Numbered from the stretch's first letter, positions 20,165 to 30,853 are shown. The stretch: DNA of 64,000 nt from Phycisphaerae bacterium (GCA_051955985.1 JBQCGD010000036.1:4306-68305); one strand, 5' to 3'. Numbers and translations are program-made. Notes: a model not told the origin generated them from the letters alone.

Positions 20165-20199
20165 AAAATCGAAAATCGAAAATCAAAAATCGAAAATGA
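20165..20199 (+). repeat. Heptamer tandem array (AAAATCG)x5
   Basis: aaaatcg aaaatcg aaaatca aaaatcg aaaatga; the last unit contains the ATG at 20196. Confidence 0.9.
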
Positions 20200-20849
20200 T
20201 TTTTCCCCTCTCCGCCCTCCTCGCCGGCACCCTCGCCTTCCTCGCCATCGCCGCCGACCTCCACTTCCACGGCCTCCTCCACCAGGCCGACGACCCCCTC
20301 CGCGCCTTCTTCCACTTCCACTCCCAACCCCTCCTCATCATCCTCTGCTCCGGCCTCTCCTTCCTCGGCGAGTTCTCCGTCCTATTCCCCATCGCCTTCT
20401 TCGTCGCCGGTTACCTCCTCGCCCTCCGCCGCCGCGCCCACACCGTCATCTGGATCATCGCCCTCCTCGGCTCCGTCGGCATGAACGAATCCCTCAAGCA
20501 CTACTTCAAAGTCCCTCGCCCCACCCGCTTCACCTACTACGTCTGGGACACCACCAAAAACCCCGGCTACAGCTTCCCCTCCGGCCACACCATGGGAGTC
20601 GCCATCACCGTCGGCGCCGCCTACCTTATCGCCCGCCACCTCCGCCTCATCCCTCACCGATACTTCAAACGCATCACCGCCGCCGCCCTCGCACTCCCCC
20701 TCGCCGTCGCCTTCTCCCTCCTCTACGTCGGCGTCCACTCCCTCACCGATGTCCTCGCCGCCCTCGCCCTCGCCACCGCCTGGCTCGGCGTCATCGCACT
20801 CCTGCTGACCCGCGTCCCCTGCCCCCCCATTCTGAATCCTGAACTCTGA
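20196..20849 (+). CDS. PAP2 family membrane phosphatase
   Basis: LKHYFKVPRP (C1), SFPSGH (C2) and SLLYVGVHSLTDV (C3-like; the usual Arg of SR is replaced by Leu). Confidence 0.88.
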   Translation: MIFPLSALLAGTLAFLAIAADLHFHGLLHQADDPLRAFFHFHSQPLLIILCSGLSFLGEFSVLFPIAFFVAGYLLALRRRAHTVIWIIALLGSVGMNESLKHYFKVPRPTRFTYYVWDTTKNPGYSFPSGHTMGVAITVGAAYLIARHLRLIPHRYFKRITAAALALPLAVAFSLLYVGVHSLTDVLAALALATAWLGVIALLLTRVPCPPILNPEL

Positions 20850-20860
20850 ATTCTGAATTC
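20829..20860 (+). repeat. Heptamer tandem array (ATTCTGA)x4.5
   Basis: attctga atcctga actctga attctga attc; supplies the PAP2 stop codon. Confidence 0.9.
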
Positions 20861-20870
20861 CCCAAACGCC

Positions 20871-22259
20871 TTATTCCCTGATCCGCGCACTCTCCTCCTG
20901 CGCCGCATGCCGCGAATACGTCCCCGTCACCACCCAATACCCGCCCACCAGGTTCCACAGGATCGGTAAAAACCGGATCGCCTGCGCAATCGCAAACGCC
21001 TGGCTCGCCGTCGCCATCCCCCGGTTCGCAAAGAAATGCACGATCACCGCATCCAGCACCCCCGCCCCCTGCGGCAACGTCGGCAAACTCACCGCCAATA
21101 TCGCCACCGGCACGTACGCCAGGTAATACGCCACGTGCATGTGCACCCCGAACGCCATCCCCGACAGCCACGCCGATACCGGCAACGTCAACTGCGACAA
21201 AAGCGAAATCAAAAACGCCCACAACAGCAATCCAAAATGCCCCCGATACGTGTGCAGCACCTCGTCCGCACGCCGCACGAAGTCCGGCATCCGCGAATGC
21301 TCCAGCACGTACTTCATCCCCGTCGCCGCCCGCAGCCGGTGCGAAAAATAAACAATGCAGAACACCGCCATCCCCCCAAGCACCCCGCAGATCAACAGCA
21401 GCACGTTCCGCAGCGTCGCATCCCCCGTCACCGCCACCCCGCTCGCCGCCAGCTTCTGGTTCTCCCACAACTGCCACGCCGCCGACGCCCCGCCGATCGT
21501 CATCAACGCCACCAGGCCAATCACCCGGTCCAGCAGAATCGTGATCAGCGACTTCGTCTTCGACCCCGTCAGCCGCGCCGCGTACACGATCTTCACCAGG
21601 TCCCCCCCCGTGATCCCCGGCAGAATGATCGAATAAAACTGCCCCACAAACGTCAACTGCAGGCACTTCGACAGCGGCATCTCGATCCCCTGCGGCCGCA
21701 TCAGGTTCCGCCACCGCACCGCCGTCACCAAAAACGGAATCACCAGAATCCCCCACGCCGCCACCAGGAAATACCACCGCTTCCGCGCCACCCCCAGCAG
21801 CGACCGCAACCCGTCATGCACCGCCTCCCCATGATCCGCCTTGAACAGGCTCGCCGGCAGCAGCAATTCCCGCGGCAGGTTGTAATGCTCCCGGTTCGCA
21901 TCGTTGATCGTCAAATGCAGCGTCTTGCCCGTTTCCCCCTCCGTCGTCACCTCCACCGTCCGCGGAAATTTCACCAGGTAGATCTCCGCCGGCTGTGACG
22001 CCGCCGCCGCCCCCGGCCGCGTCCCCACCGCCCGCATTTCCTGCTTCGACAGGATCACCACATCCGTATCGTGATCAAACGTCAGGTTTCGGATCGTCTT
22101 CCCCGCCGCCACCGTCGCCGAATCGTCCCAGTGCACCATCCGCGCCACGAACCAGATCCCCGCCACCGCCACAATCACCTTGAACAGCAGCACCGCCAAC
22201 CGTTTGCCAAAGCTCTTCTGTGGCGCCGCCGTGGCTGTTCCCGCTGAGTCAGACCCCAT
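20871..22259 (-). CDS. Lysylphosphatidylglycerol synthase TM-domain (UPF0104, flippase-like) protein with a large N-terminal extracytoplasmic insert
   Basis: RWRNLM, GQFYSIILPGITGGDLVK, LDRVIGL and LPTLPQGAGV motifs; multiple TM helices. Confidence 0.88.
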   Translation of the reverse strand: MGSDSAGTATAAPQKSFGKRLAVLLFKVIVAVAGIWFVARMVHWDDSATVAAGKTIRNLTFDHDTDVVILSKQEMRAVGTRPGAAAASQPAEIYLVKFPRTVEVTTEGETGKTLHLTINDANREHYNLPRELLLPASLFKADHGEAVHDGLRSLLGVARKRWYFLVAAWGILVIPFLVTAVRWRNLMRPQGIEMPLSKCLQLTFVGQFYSIILPGITGGDLVKIVYAARLTGSKTKSLITILLDRVIGLVALMTIGGASAAWQLWENQKLAASGVAVTGDATLRNVLLLICGVLGGMAVFCIVYFSHRLRAATGMKYVLEHSRMPDFVRRADEVLHTYRGHFGLLLWAFLISLLSQLTLPVSAWLSGMAFGVHMHVAYYLAYVPVAILAVSLPTLPQGAGVLDAVIVHFFANRGMATASQAFAIAQAIRFLPILWNLVGGYWVVTGTYSRHAAQEESARIRE

Positions 22260-22492
22260 GACCTATCACTCGCTTCCAAATGCAAAGCGCAAAACATTAC
22301 AGCATTTACATCCCATTGCCCAACGTTCGCAGCCGCGACGGCACATCCCCTCTTCCACCGTTGCGTCGCGTCGCGGCCCTCCTTCTCGGCCTTCTCATCC
22401 GCATTCCTACCCAAATTCACCCGCGCATCTCCTCTGGCCCGCCATTTGCGTTGCCAACCGACGTGTTGTGTCACACTCAAAGGGAAACTCAC

Positions 22493-24325
22493 ATGACCAT
22501 GATCTCCCCCGATTCCCCCGCCAACTCCCCCGCTGAACAAAATCCCCAGCCGACGAAAAGTCCAGCTGGGCAAGCCCCCGCTCCCACGCCCGTCGCCTCC
22601 CACGTCACCTCCGCCAACCCCGTTCAAACCAACGCCCTCTCCGCCGTCCTCCCCACCGCCACCATCGAAATCTCCCTCTTCGCCCCCACCATCAACGGCG
22701 CCGCACTCACCGCCTGCTTCACCCGCTGGCAGGAACTCCCCATGGCCAAGGACGCCCACGGCTACTGGCGCATCCTCGTCGATCTCCCCGACGGCGACTA
22801 CTCCTACCGCTTCCGCGTCCAAACCAAATCCTGGTTCTACGAAAAAGACCAGTGGGTCACCGTCACCGATCCCAAGGCCACCCGCGTCGATGAACGCACC
22901 GGCAACGGCATCCTCCGCGTCCGCAACGGCAAGGTCTCCTGCGACGAATACCAGTGGCAGCACGACGCCAAGCCCCTCCCCGCCAACAACGAACTCATCA
23001 TCTACGAACTCCACGTCGCCGACTTCTCCGGCGGTGAAGCCGACGTCTGGCAGCGCGGCAAGTTCAAGGACGTCATCGACAAGCTCGACTACCTCGCAGA
23101 CCTCGGCATCAACTGCCTCGAACTCCTCCCCGTCAAGGAATTCCCCGGCAACTATGCCTGGGGCTACACCCCCCAATACCTCTTCGCCCCCGAATCCGCC
23201 TACGGCCCGCCCGAAGACCTCAAGGCCCTCGTCGATGCCGCCCACGCCCGCGGCATGCGCGTGATTTTTGATGGCGTCTACAACCACGCCCACACCGACA
23301 CCCCCCTCGCTTCCATCGATCACGACTACTGGTTCCACCACAACCCCAAGGACCGCAACATGTCCTGGGGCCCCCAATACAACTACGACCACACCGACCC
23401 CGCCCTCAACATCATGCCCGCCCGCGAATTCATCAAGGAAAACCTCCAGTACTGGGTCTCCCAGTACCACATCGACGGCATCCGCTACGACGCCGCCGCC
23501 CAGATCGAAAGCTACGAAGTCATGCGCATGATGGCCGACACCGCGCGCGGCGCCGCGGGCATCAAACCCTTCATCAATATCGCCGAATACCTCCCCGACA
23601 AACCCGACCTCGTCGGCTTCCCCGACTCCGGCAAACCCATGGACGCCTGCTGGCACGACTCCTTCTTCTGGACCGTCGCCGATCAAACAATCGCCCACGG
23701 CAACCTCGACCTCGAACGCGTCAAATGCGTCCTCCAGCCGCGCCTCCAGGGCTTCTCCGACTGCACGCAAATCGTCAACTACGCCTCCAACCACGACCAC
23801 CTCCGCCTCATGCCCCACATGGCCAAGTCCCTCGTCTTCGATGAACACGCCTTCCGCCGCGCCAAACTCGCCGCCACCCTCGTCATGACCGCCGTCGGCA
23901 TCCCCATGATCTGGATGGGCGAAGAGTTCGGCGATTACCACCCCAAAAACACCGACCCCGAAAAAATCGACTGGACCCTCCTCGCAAACGAAAACAACAA
24001 AAACCTCCACGCCCACTACAAACGCATCATCCAGCTCCGCCGCGAAAACAAGGCCCTCCACAACACCGACCTCGACTACCTCTTCGAACACAAGGACGAC
24101 GGCATCCTCGCCTACCTCCGCCAGCACAACGAAAACGACACCTCCAGAAAAATCGTCGTCATCGCCAACCTCCGCGACCGCGACTACTCCACCTACACCG
24201 TCCCCTTCCTCCCCGAAGATGGCGAATGGACCGACTGGTTCACCGGCCAGAAAGTCGAAATCCAAGACAAAAAATGGACCGGCCCCCTCCACCCCTGGCA
24301 AGCCGTCGTCCTCGTCAAAGGCTAA
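22493..24325 (+). CDS. GH13 alpha-amylase family glycosidase with N-terminal CBM48 (TreZ/branching-enzyme-like)
   Basis: IYELHVADF, LGINCLELLPV, WGYTP, DGVYNH, DGIRYDAA, IAE and NHDH motifs. Confidence 0.92.
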   Translation: MTMISPDSPANSPAEQNPQPTKSPAGQAPAPTPVASHVTSANPVQTNALSAVLPTATIEISLFAPTINGAALTACFTRWQELPMAKDAHGYWRILVDLPDGDYSYRFRVQTKSWFYEKDQWVTVTDPKATRVDERTGNGILRVRNGKVSCDEYQWQHDAKPLPANNELIIYELHVADFSGGEADVWQRGKFKDVIDKLDYLADLGINCLELLPVKEFPGNYAWGYTPQYLFAPESAYGPPEDLKALVDAAHARGMRVIFDGVYNHAHTDTPLASIDHDYWFHHNPKDRNMSWGPQYNYDHTDPALNIMPAREFIKENLQYWVSQYHIDGIRYDAAAQIESYEVMRMMADTARGAAGIKPFINIAEYLPDKPDLVGFPDSGKPMDACWHDSFFWTVADQTIAHGNLDLERVKCVLQPRLQGFSDCTQIVNYASNHDHLRLMPHMAKSLVFDEHAFRRAKLAATLVMTAVGIPMIWMGEEFGDYHPKNTDPEKIDWTLLANENNKNLHAHYKRIIQLRRENKALHNTDLDYLFEHKDDGILAYLRQHNENDTSRKIVVIANLRDRDYSTYTVPFLPEDGEWTDWFTGQKVEIQDKKWTGPLHPWQAVVLVKG

Positions 24326-24335
24326 CCCCCCCGAA

Positions 24336-24360
24336 GTGGGGCCGACGCCCTCGTCGGCCA
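24336..24360 (+). repeat. REP-like palindrome, copy 1
   Basis: GTGG-GGCCGACG-CCCT-CGTCGGCC-A. Confidence 0.85.
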
Positions 24361-24699
24361 TTCTTCCCTCTCGCAAACCCCACAAAGAGCCGGCGAACTC
24401 CCACGACGCCGGCTCTTTCCCTTTTTTGCACCCATCACCGCGACGCCCGTCACCCGCAGGCGACGCGGGCACCTCTCGCACAACGCCCAGGCCCTTACCA
24501 CCGCCGTCATCCTCGCGAACCCCGCATACAACAACAAATTGCACCCCCTCCTACCCCCCCAAGCCCACGGCTGACGTCGAAATCGTCCGCGAGCCCCGGC
24601 GCTTCGCCCGATAACACCCCTCCCCCTCCCTTGTCCCCACACCACCCCCCAACAAATACGATAATGATCCTGTCAGTCACCCTCACAGGAGTTCCGCTC

Positions 24700-24879
24700 A
24701 TGCGTAAATTCGCCCTTTTCGCCCTCGTCACTGCCGCCTTCGTCGCTTTCGCCACCGGCTGCAACACCCCCAACGTCGCCAAAGGCGATTCCGGCTACGC
24801 CGCCCGACTCGTCCCCATCCACCCCGAACCCGTCCCCGTCACCGCCGCCCCCAGGACCGAACGCCCTGTCGATCGCTGA
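24700..24879 (+). CDS. Small lipoprotein
   Basis: AGGAG SD; MRKFALFALVTAAFVAFATGC signal and lipobox. Confidence 0.75.
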   Translation: MRKFALFALVTAAFVAFATGCNTPNVAKGDSGYAARLVPIHPEPVPVTAAPRTERPVDR

Positions 24880-24966
24880 TTTACAGCTGATCTCCTACAA
24901 TTCCTATCGCATTGGGGGGGAGACCGCAATTGACGTGCACGCCCGTGGCGGTCTCCCCCCCTCCAC

Positions 24967-25791
24967 TCAGTGCGCCTGGCCCGCCGGGGCCATATCCTTC
25001 GACGCCTCCGGCGCCCCCAACCACTCCGTCAGCACCGGCTTGATCGCATCCGCCCAGATCTCATACCCCTTCTCGCTCGGATGCAGCAGGTCCGGCATGA
25101 TCTCCCGCGTCAACGTCCCGTCCGGCTCCAGAAACTTCGAATTGATATCCATGTACTTCACCTGCGGCCCGAAGTCCTCCTTCGAAATGATCGCATTCAC
25201 CTGATCATTCGTCAGCCGCATCTTGTCATCCGCCTTCGCCGACCGCGGAAACACCGCCAGCAGCAGAATCTTCGCCTGCGGTTCCTTCTCCTTCAGCTTC
25301 TCCACCACCGCCTTGATCCCCGCCGCCGTCTCCTCCGCCGGATACCCGTGCCCCGTGTTGTTCGTCCCGATCATCAGCACGATCGCCTTCGGCGTCACCC
25401 CATCCAGCTCCCCGTTCTCCAGCCGCCACAGCACATGCTGCGTCAAATCCCCGCTGATCCCGAAATTCCCCGGATGCCACCCCGCAAATTCCTTGTCCCA
25501 CACCTTCTGCCCGTTCACCTTCCGCCTGTTGAACTTGCCCGTCCAGAAGTCCGTGATCGAGTCCCCCTCAAAATACAGATCCACCCCTCCCGCCTTCGCC
25601 TGCTCCACCAACCCGTCGTGATGCTTCATCCACCCCTTGTTCGGCTGCCCGTTCTTATCCAGCCGCGGCGTCGGCTGATCCCCCGGCCCGAACTCCCGCT
25701 TCTGCGCGCCGTCCCCGCCCGGCGCATCCGCCGCCACCAACACCGCCGCCGCCAGCACCAGCCCACACCACTGCATCGGTTTCCACTTCAT
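24967..25791 (-). CDS. Secreted SGNH/GDSL hydrolase (PAF-acetylhydrolase-like esterase)
   Basis: GDSIT, NFGISGD, GTNN and DLLHP blocks; signal peptide. Confidence 0.93.
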   Translation of the reverse strand: MKWKPMQWCGLVLAAAVLVAADAPGGDGAQKREFGPGDQPTPRLDKNGQPNKGWMKHHDGLVEQAKAGGVDLYFEGDSITDFWTGKFNRRKVNGQKVWDKEFAGWHPGNFGISGDLTQHVLWRLENGELDGVTPKAIVLMIGTNNTGHGYPAEETAAGIKAVVEKLKEKEPQAKILLLAVFPRSAKADDKMRLTNDQVNAIISKEDFGPQVKYMDINSKFLEPDGTLTREIMPDLLHPSEKGYEIWADAIKPVLTEWLGAPEASKDMAPAGQAH

Positions 25792-25978
25792 GGCTTTTCC
25801 TCTCTACGCAAATAAAAACGAACGTTTCGGCTTATAAATTATTACGAACCCGCCCGCCACTTGATTTCCCAATCATTTTTTCACCCCTGCGACTTCCCCG
25901 CACCGCAACCCCGCGACCACCTTGCAATGCCCTTTTGAACCCCCTATGCTCCAAAGTCTTTGCTCACGGTTTCCTTAC

Positions 25979-26965
25979 ATGGGTGCCCCGGTGACTTTGC
26001 AAACCTCCATCCACACCTCTTCCGCCCCGCAGCCGGCCACGTCCGCTGCCCCCGCCATTTCCCCTCGCCAGTTGACCCACCTCAAACAGCTCGAAGCCGA
26101 ATCCATCCACATCATCCGCGAAGTCGCCGCCGAGTTCTCCAACCCAGTCATGCTCTATTCCATCGGCAAAGACTCCTCGGTCATGGTCCGCCTCGCCCAG
26201 AAGGCCTTCTTCCCCGCCCGCGTCCCCTTCCCCCTCCTCCACGTCAACACCACCTGGAAGTTCCGCGAAATGATCTCCTTCCGTGACAAGTTCACGAAGG
26301 AAAACAATCTCCACCTCATCGAACACATCAACCACGAAGGCGTCCGCGACGGCATCAACCCCTTCGACCATGGCTCCAACAAGTACACCAACATCATGAA
26401 GACCGTCGCCCTCCGCCAGGCCCTCAACAAGGGCGGCTACGATGCGGCTTTCGGCGGCGCCCGCCGCGACGAGGAAAAATCCCGCGCCAAGGAGCGCGTC
26501 TACTCCTTCCGCGACAAACACCACCAGTGGGATCCCAAAAACCAGCGCCCCGAGCTCTGGAACCTTTACAACGGCAAGGTGAACCCCGGCGAATCCATCC
26601 GCGTCTTCCCGATGTCCAACTGGACCGAACTCGACGTCTGGCAGTACATCTACCTCGAAAACATCCCCATCATCCCCCTCTACTTCGCCGCCAAACGCCC
26701 CGTCGTCGAACGCAACGGCGTCCTGATAATGGTCGACGACGACCGCATGCGCCTCAACCCCGGCGAAAAACCGGTCGAAAAAGTCGTTCGCTTCCGCACC
26801 CTCGGCTGTTACCCGCTCACGGGCGCCATCGAAAGTAACGCCACAACGCTCCCCGAAATCATCGAAGAAATGCTCCTCGCCAAACAATCCGAACGCCAGG
26901 GCCGCGTCATCGACTACGACGAAGCCGGCTCCATGGAACAGAAAAAGAAGGAAGGGTATTTCTGA
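25979..26965 (+). CDS. cysD: Sulfate adenylyltransferase subunit 2
   Basis: [30 protein letters not shown] and C-terminal KKKEGYF. Start is approximate. Confidence 0.97.
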   Translation: MGAPVTLQTSIHTSSAPQPATSAAPAISPRQLTHLKQLEAESIHIIREVAAEFSNPVMLYSIGKDSSVMVRLAQKAFFPARVPFPLLHVNTTWKFREMISFRDKFTKENNLHLIEHINHEGVRDGINPFDHGSNKYTNIMKTVALRQALNKGGYDAAFGGARRDEEKSRAKERVYSFRDKHHQWDPKNQRPELWNLYNGKVNPGESIRVFPMSNWTELDVWQYIYLENIPIIPLYFAAKRPVVERNGVLIMVDDDRMRLNPGEKPVEKVVRFRTLGCYPLTGAIESNATTLPEIIEEMLLAKQSERQGRVIDYDEAGSMEQKKKEGYF

Positions 26966-27018
26966 TAAATTCACCGCTTCCGAATCGCTAAAATGGAAGC
27001 TGTGAAAGCGAGGTATCT

Positions 27019-27261
27019 ATGGTCGCCGGACGTATTGTGGAAGGCTCCCCAAAGCAAATCGCCGAGCAATTGACGCTGCTCACCGGAACTGATCGTCAGA
27101 TCAAGGTATTGCTCCTCGATGATCCCACGACTGGCGGGGCCCATCCTATCCCTACCGAGGAGGAGGTTGATCGGATGCTTGCCGAAATGCGCGAAGATTC
27201 CGTTTCGGCTGGCCAACTCGATCTCTCGCGCGAAGGCATTTATGACGAGCGGTACCGTTGA
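27019..27261 (+). CDS. Putative antitoxin of the PIN toxin
   Basis: 80-aa acidic ORF ending LSREGIY, overlapping the PIN gene start; GAGG SD. Confidence 0.7.
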   Translation: MVAGRIVEGSPKQIAEQLTLLTGTDRQIKVLLLDDPTTGGAHPIPTEEEVDRMLAEMREDSVSAGQLDLSREGIYDERYR

Positions 27262-27701
27262 TGATCCTGCTCGACACGAACATTCTGGTCCGGCTTGCAG
27301 ATCGCAACGATCCTCAGTACCAGACGACGCATGGCGCGATCCGAGGTTGCTTCGCCAGGAAACGCGAACTGATTGTTTCCCACCAATCTCTCCACGAGTT
27401 CTGGGCTGTGACGACTCGACCCGCCAGCAAAAATGGATTGGGAATGCAGACTACCGCTGCCGATCGCTACATCAATCGATTCATCCGCCTCTTTAATCTG
27501 GTGGATGATCCGCCGGGCCTGTTTTCCCAATGGCGTGATCTTGTAAACCGCCTGAACGTGCAAGGCCTCCAAAGTTACGACGCTCGCCTCGCCGCTTTTG
27601 CAATCGCCACCAAGTGCCGCGGAATAATGACCTACAACCTCGCCGATTTCGCTCAATTCCCCATTCCCGTCGTCGATCCGAATAATCCCTCTACCTTGTA
27701 A
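27258..27701 (+). CDS. PIN-domain (VapC-like) toxin
   Basis: [27 protein letters not shown] and TYNLADF PIN motifs. Confidence 0.9.
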   Translation: MMILLDTNILVRLADRNDPQYQTTHGAIRGCFARKRELIVSHQSLHEFWAVTTRPASKNGLGMQTTAADRYINRFIRLFNLVDDPPGLFSQWRDLVNRLNVQGLQSYDARLAAFAIATKCRGIMTYNLADFAQFPIPVVDPNNPSTL

Positions 27702-27723
27702 CTTTTTTCTGCTGGAACCTTCC

Positions 27724-29439
27724 ATGTCCGAACTCCTCCTCAACGAAGACATCCACTCCTACCTCGACCGCCACCAGCGCAAGGAACTCCTCCGCTTCCT
27801 CACCTGCGGCTCCGTCGACGACGGCAAATCCACCCTCATCGGACGCCTCCTCCACGACACCAAGGGCATCTACGAAGACCAGCTCGCCGCCGTCAAAAAA
27901 GACTCCGCCAAGCACGGCACCACCGGCGAAGGACAAATCGACCTCGCCCTCCTCACCGACGGCCTCCGCGCTGAACGCGAGCAAGGCATCACCATCGACG
28001 TCGCCTACCGCTACTTCTCCACCGATAAACGCAAGTTCATCATCGCCGACACCCCCGGCCACGAGCAGTACACCCGCAATATGGCCACCGGCGCCTCCAC
28101 CTGCCAGCTCGCCATCATCCTCATCGACGCCCGCCACGGCGTCCAGGTCCAGACCAAGCGCCACTCCTTCATCTGCTCGCTCCTGGGCATCAAACACCTC
28201 GTGATCGCCATCAACAAGATGGACCTCGTCAACTTCTCCCAGGAGCGCTTCGAGCAGATAAAAAAAGACTACCTCGCCTTCGCCGAAAAACTCGGCACCG
28301 CCCGGTCGGCCGCCGCCGACATCGCCTTCATCCCCATGAGCGCCCTCAAAGGCGACAACGTCGTCGAACCCTCCGCCGCCATGCCCTGGTACAAGGGAAA
28401 GACCCTCCTCCAGCACCTCGAGACCGTGCAGATCGCCGGCGACCGCAACCTCCGCGACCTCCGACTCCCCGTCCAGCTCGTCCTCCGCCCCAACCTCGAC
28501 TTCCGCGGTTTCGCCGGCACCATCGCCTCCGGCATCATCAAAAAGGGCGACGCCGTCCGCGTCCTCCCCTCCGGCAAAACCAGCCGCGTCAAATCCATCG
28601 TCACCTTCGACGGCGAACTCGACGAAGCCTTCGCACCCATGAGCGTCACCGTCACCCTCGAACACGAAATCGACATCTCCCGCGGCGACATGCTCGTCCA
28701 CGCCGATCCCGCCAAATCCGAACTGGTCCCCGAATCCGCCTCCGACGTCGACGCCATGATCGTCTGGATGCACGAAGCCCCCTTCGTCGCCGGCAAAAGC
28801 TACTGGTTCAAACAGACCACCCGCATGGTCTCCGGCTCCATGACCCAGCTCCAGCACGCCGTCGACGTCAACACCCTCGAAGAACGCCCCGCCAGCCAGC
28901 TCGGCCTCAACGAGGTCGGCCGCGTCTCCCTCTCCTTCTCCCGCAGCCTCGTCTTCGACCCCTACACCACCAACCCCGCCACCGGCGCCTTCATCATCGT
29001 CGACCGCCTCACCAACAACACCGTCGGCGCCGGCATGATCATCTCCCGCCACGACACCAGCCGCCACGCCCGCGGCCGCGTCAGCGTCTCCGAACGCGAG
29101 ATCCGCATGGGCCAGCGCGGCGCCGCCGTCTGGGTCAACCGCCAGATCGCCGACGAAATCGAACGTGAACTCTTCGAGGAAGCCCGCATCGTCGTCCGCT
29201 TCGACACCGCCGACCTCGACGCCAAAGCCCTCGCCGACGTCGCCCGCCTTCTCCTCGATCAATCCATCATTGTCCTCATCACCGGCGACAAGCCCCCCGT
29301 CGACGGCGACCCCCTCCTCATCGAACTCGGCGCCAACCTCGTCATCTGCCCCGAAACCGAAGCCGATCGCGCCATCAGCCGCATCCAGCAGAACGGCGTC
29401 GGCGGCGTGGAGCAATCGATCGCGGGTGACGGCATCTAA
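27724..29439 (+). CDS. cysN: Sulfate adenylyltransferase subunit 1 (GTPase) with a degenerate CysC-like C-terminus
   Basis: [37 protein letters not shown] and NKMD motifs. Confidence 0.96.
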   Translation: MSELLLNEDIHSYLDRHQRKELLRFLTCGSVDDGKSTLIGRLLHDTKGIYEDQLAAVKKDSAKHGTTGEGQIDLALLTDGLRAEREQGITIDVAYRYFSTDKRKFIIADTPGHEQYTRNMATGASTCQLAIILIDARHGVQVQTKRHSFICSLLGIKHLVIAINKMDLVNFSQERFEQIKKDYLAFAEKLGTARSAAADIAFIPMSALKGDNVVEPSAAMPWYKGKTLLQHLETVQIAGDRNLRDLRLPVQLVLRPNLDFRGFAGTIASGIIKKGDAVRVLPSGKTSRVKSIVTFDGELDEAFAPMSVTVTLEHEIDISRGDMLVHADPAKSELVPESASDVDAMIVWMHEAPFVAGKSYWFKQTTRMVSGSMTQLQHAVDVNTLEERPASQLGLNEVGRVSLSFSRSLVFDPYTTNPATGAFIIVDRLTNNTVGAGMIISRHDTSRHARGRVSVSEREIRMGQRGAAVWVNRQIADEIERELFEEARIVVRFDTADLDAKALADVARLLLDQSIIVLITGDKPPVDGDPLLIELGANLVICPETEADRAISRIQQNGVGGVEQSIAGDGI

Positions 29440-29464
29440 GTGGGGCCGACGCCCTCGTCGGCCA
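29440..29464 (+). repeat. REP-like palindrome, copy 2
   Basis: Identical to 24336-24360; abuts the cysN stop codon. Confidence 0.85.
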
Positions 29465-29495
29465 ATCCGTTTCGCCCACGCGCCGCACGCTCGCG

Positions 29496-30776
29496 CTACA
29501 CCCGCACCTGCCCGTTCCCCATCACAATGTACTTATACGTGCACAAATCCGCCGCCCCCATCGGCCCGCGCGAGTGCAGCTTGTCCGTCGATATCCCAAT
29601 CTCCGCCCCCAGCCCATACTCCCCGCCGTCCGCAAACCGCGTCGATGCATTCACCACCACGCTCGCCGAATCCACCTCCGTCGTGAACTTCTTCGCCGCC
29701 GCCAGGTCGTTCGTGATGATCGCATCCGTGTGCTGGCTGCCGTACTTCGTGATGTGCTCGATCGCCTCCTCGATGCTCACCACCTGCTTCACCGCGATGA
29801 TGTAATCGAGAAACTCCGCCCCCCAGTCCGACTCCTTCGCCAGCTTTGCATCCTGCAAAAGCCCCAGCGAAAACGCATCCGCCCGCATCTCCACCTTCTT
29901 GTCCCGGAACGCCGCCGCAATCCGCGGCAACACTTTCCCCGCAATGTCCTTGTGCACCAGCAGGCACTCCTCCGTGTTGCACAGCGCCACCCCGTCCACC
30001 TTTGCGCTCACCGCGATCTTCACCGCCATGTCCGCATCCGCCCCCTTGTCGATGTACACGTGGCAGACACCCTTGTAATGCTTGATCACCGGAATCGTCG
30101 CCTGCTCCACCACGCTGCGGATCAACCCCTCGCCCCCGCGCGGAATGATCAGATCAATCAACCCCTCCGCGGTCGCCATCGCCCCCACCGCGGCACGATC
30201 CGTCGTCTCCACCAGCTGCACCGCATCTTCCGAAATCCCCGCGTGTTTGAGCCCCTCCTTGATGATCCGCGCAATCGCCTTGTTCGAATGAATCGCCTCC
30301 TTCCCTCCGCGCAGGATGCACGCATTCCCGCTCTTCAAGCAGATCCCCGCCGCATCCGCCGTCACGTTCGGCCGCGACTCAAAAATAATCGCCACCACCC
30401 CGATCGGCACCCGCCGCTTCTCGATCCGCAACCCGTTCGGCCGGTCGTACGCCTCGATCGTCTGCCCCACCGGATCCGTCTGCAGCGCAATCTCCCGCAG
30501 CCCCTGCGCCATCGCCGCGATCTTCTTCTCCCCCAGCGTCAGCCGCGCCACCAGCGGCCCCGCCAACCCATCCCGCTCCGCCTGCTCCAGGTCCTTTTTA
30601 TTCTCCGCAATCAACTGCCCCTGGCTCGCCAGCAGCGCATCGGCGATCTTGTTCAACGCCAGGTTCTTCTGCGCGCCCGATAACGTCGCCAGTTGCCGCG
30701 ACGCAGCCCGCGCCCGCACCGCCATCTCCCGAATCTGCTCTGTCACCGACGATTTCTGAACGTCCACGGCCGTCAT
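29496..30776 (-). CDS. proA: Gamma-glutamyl phosphate reductase
   Basis: PIGVVAIIFESRPNVT, LKSGNACILRGGKEA and NASTRFADGGEYGLGAEIGIST. Confidence 0.97.
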   Translation of the reverse strand: MTAVDVQKSSVTEQIREMAVRARAASRQLATLSGAQKNLALNKIADALLASQGQLIAENKKDLEQAERDGLAGPLVARLTLGEKKIAAMAQGLREIALQTDPVGQTIEAYDRPNGLRIEKRRVPIGVVAIIFESRPNVTADAAGICLKSGNACILRGGKEAIHSNKAIARIIKEGLKHAGISEDAVQLVETTDRAAVGAMATAEGLIDLIIPRGGEGLIRSVVEQATIPVIKHYKGVCHVYIDKGADADMAVKIAVSAKVDGVALCNTEECLLVHKDIAGKVLPRIAAAFRDKKVEMRADAFSLGLLQDAKLAKESDWGAEFLDYIIAVKQVVSIEEAIEHITKYGSQHTDAIITNDLAAAKKFTTEVDSASVVVNASTRFADGGEYGLGAEIGISTDKLHSRGPMGAADLCTYKYIVMGNGQVRV

Positions 30777-30828
30777 AAAAACTCCGATTTCCGTTAAGCA
30801 GCGTATTGTAGCAGATCGCCCCCGCTGA

Positions 30829-30853
30829 GTGGGGCCGACGCCCCCGTCGGCCA
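30829..30853 (+). repeat. REP-like palindrome, copy 3
   Basis: GTGGGGCCGACGCCCCCGTCGGCCA, with one substitution in the loop. Confidence 0.85.

Noticed and set aside
22175-24544. 789-aa minus-strand ORF
   Set aside because: Antisense of the GH13 gene; its V/G/D/E composition mirrors NNC codons and it has no domain motifs.
24336-30853. 25-bp repeats as a CRISPR array
   Set aside because: Copies are kilobases apart with genes in between; there are no regular spacers and no cas genes.
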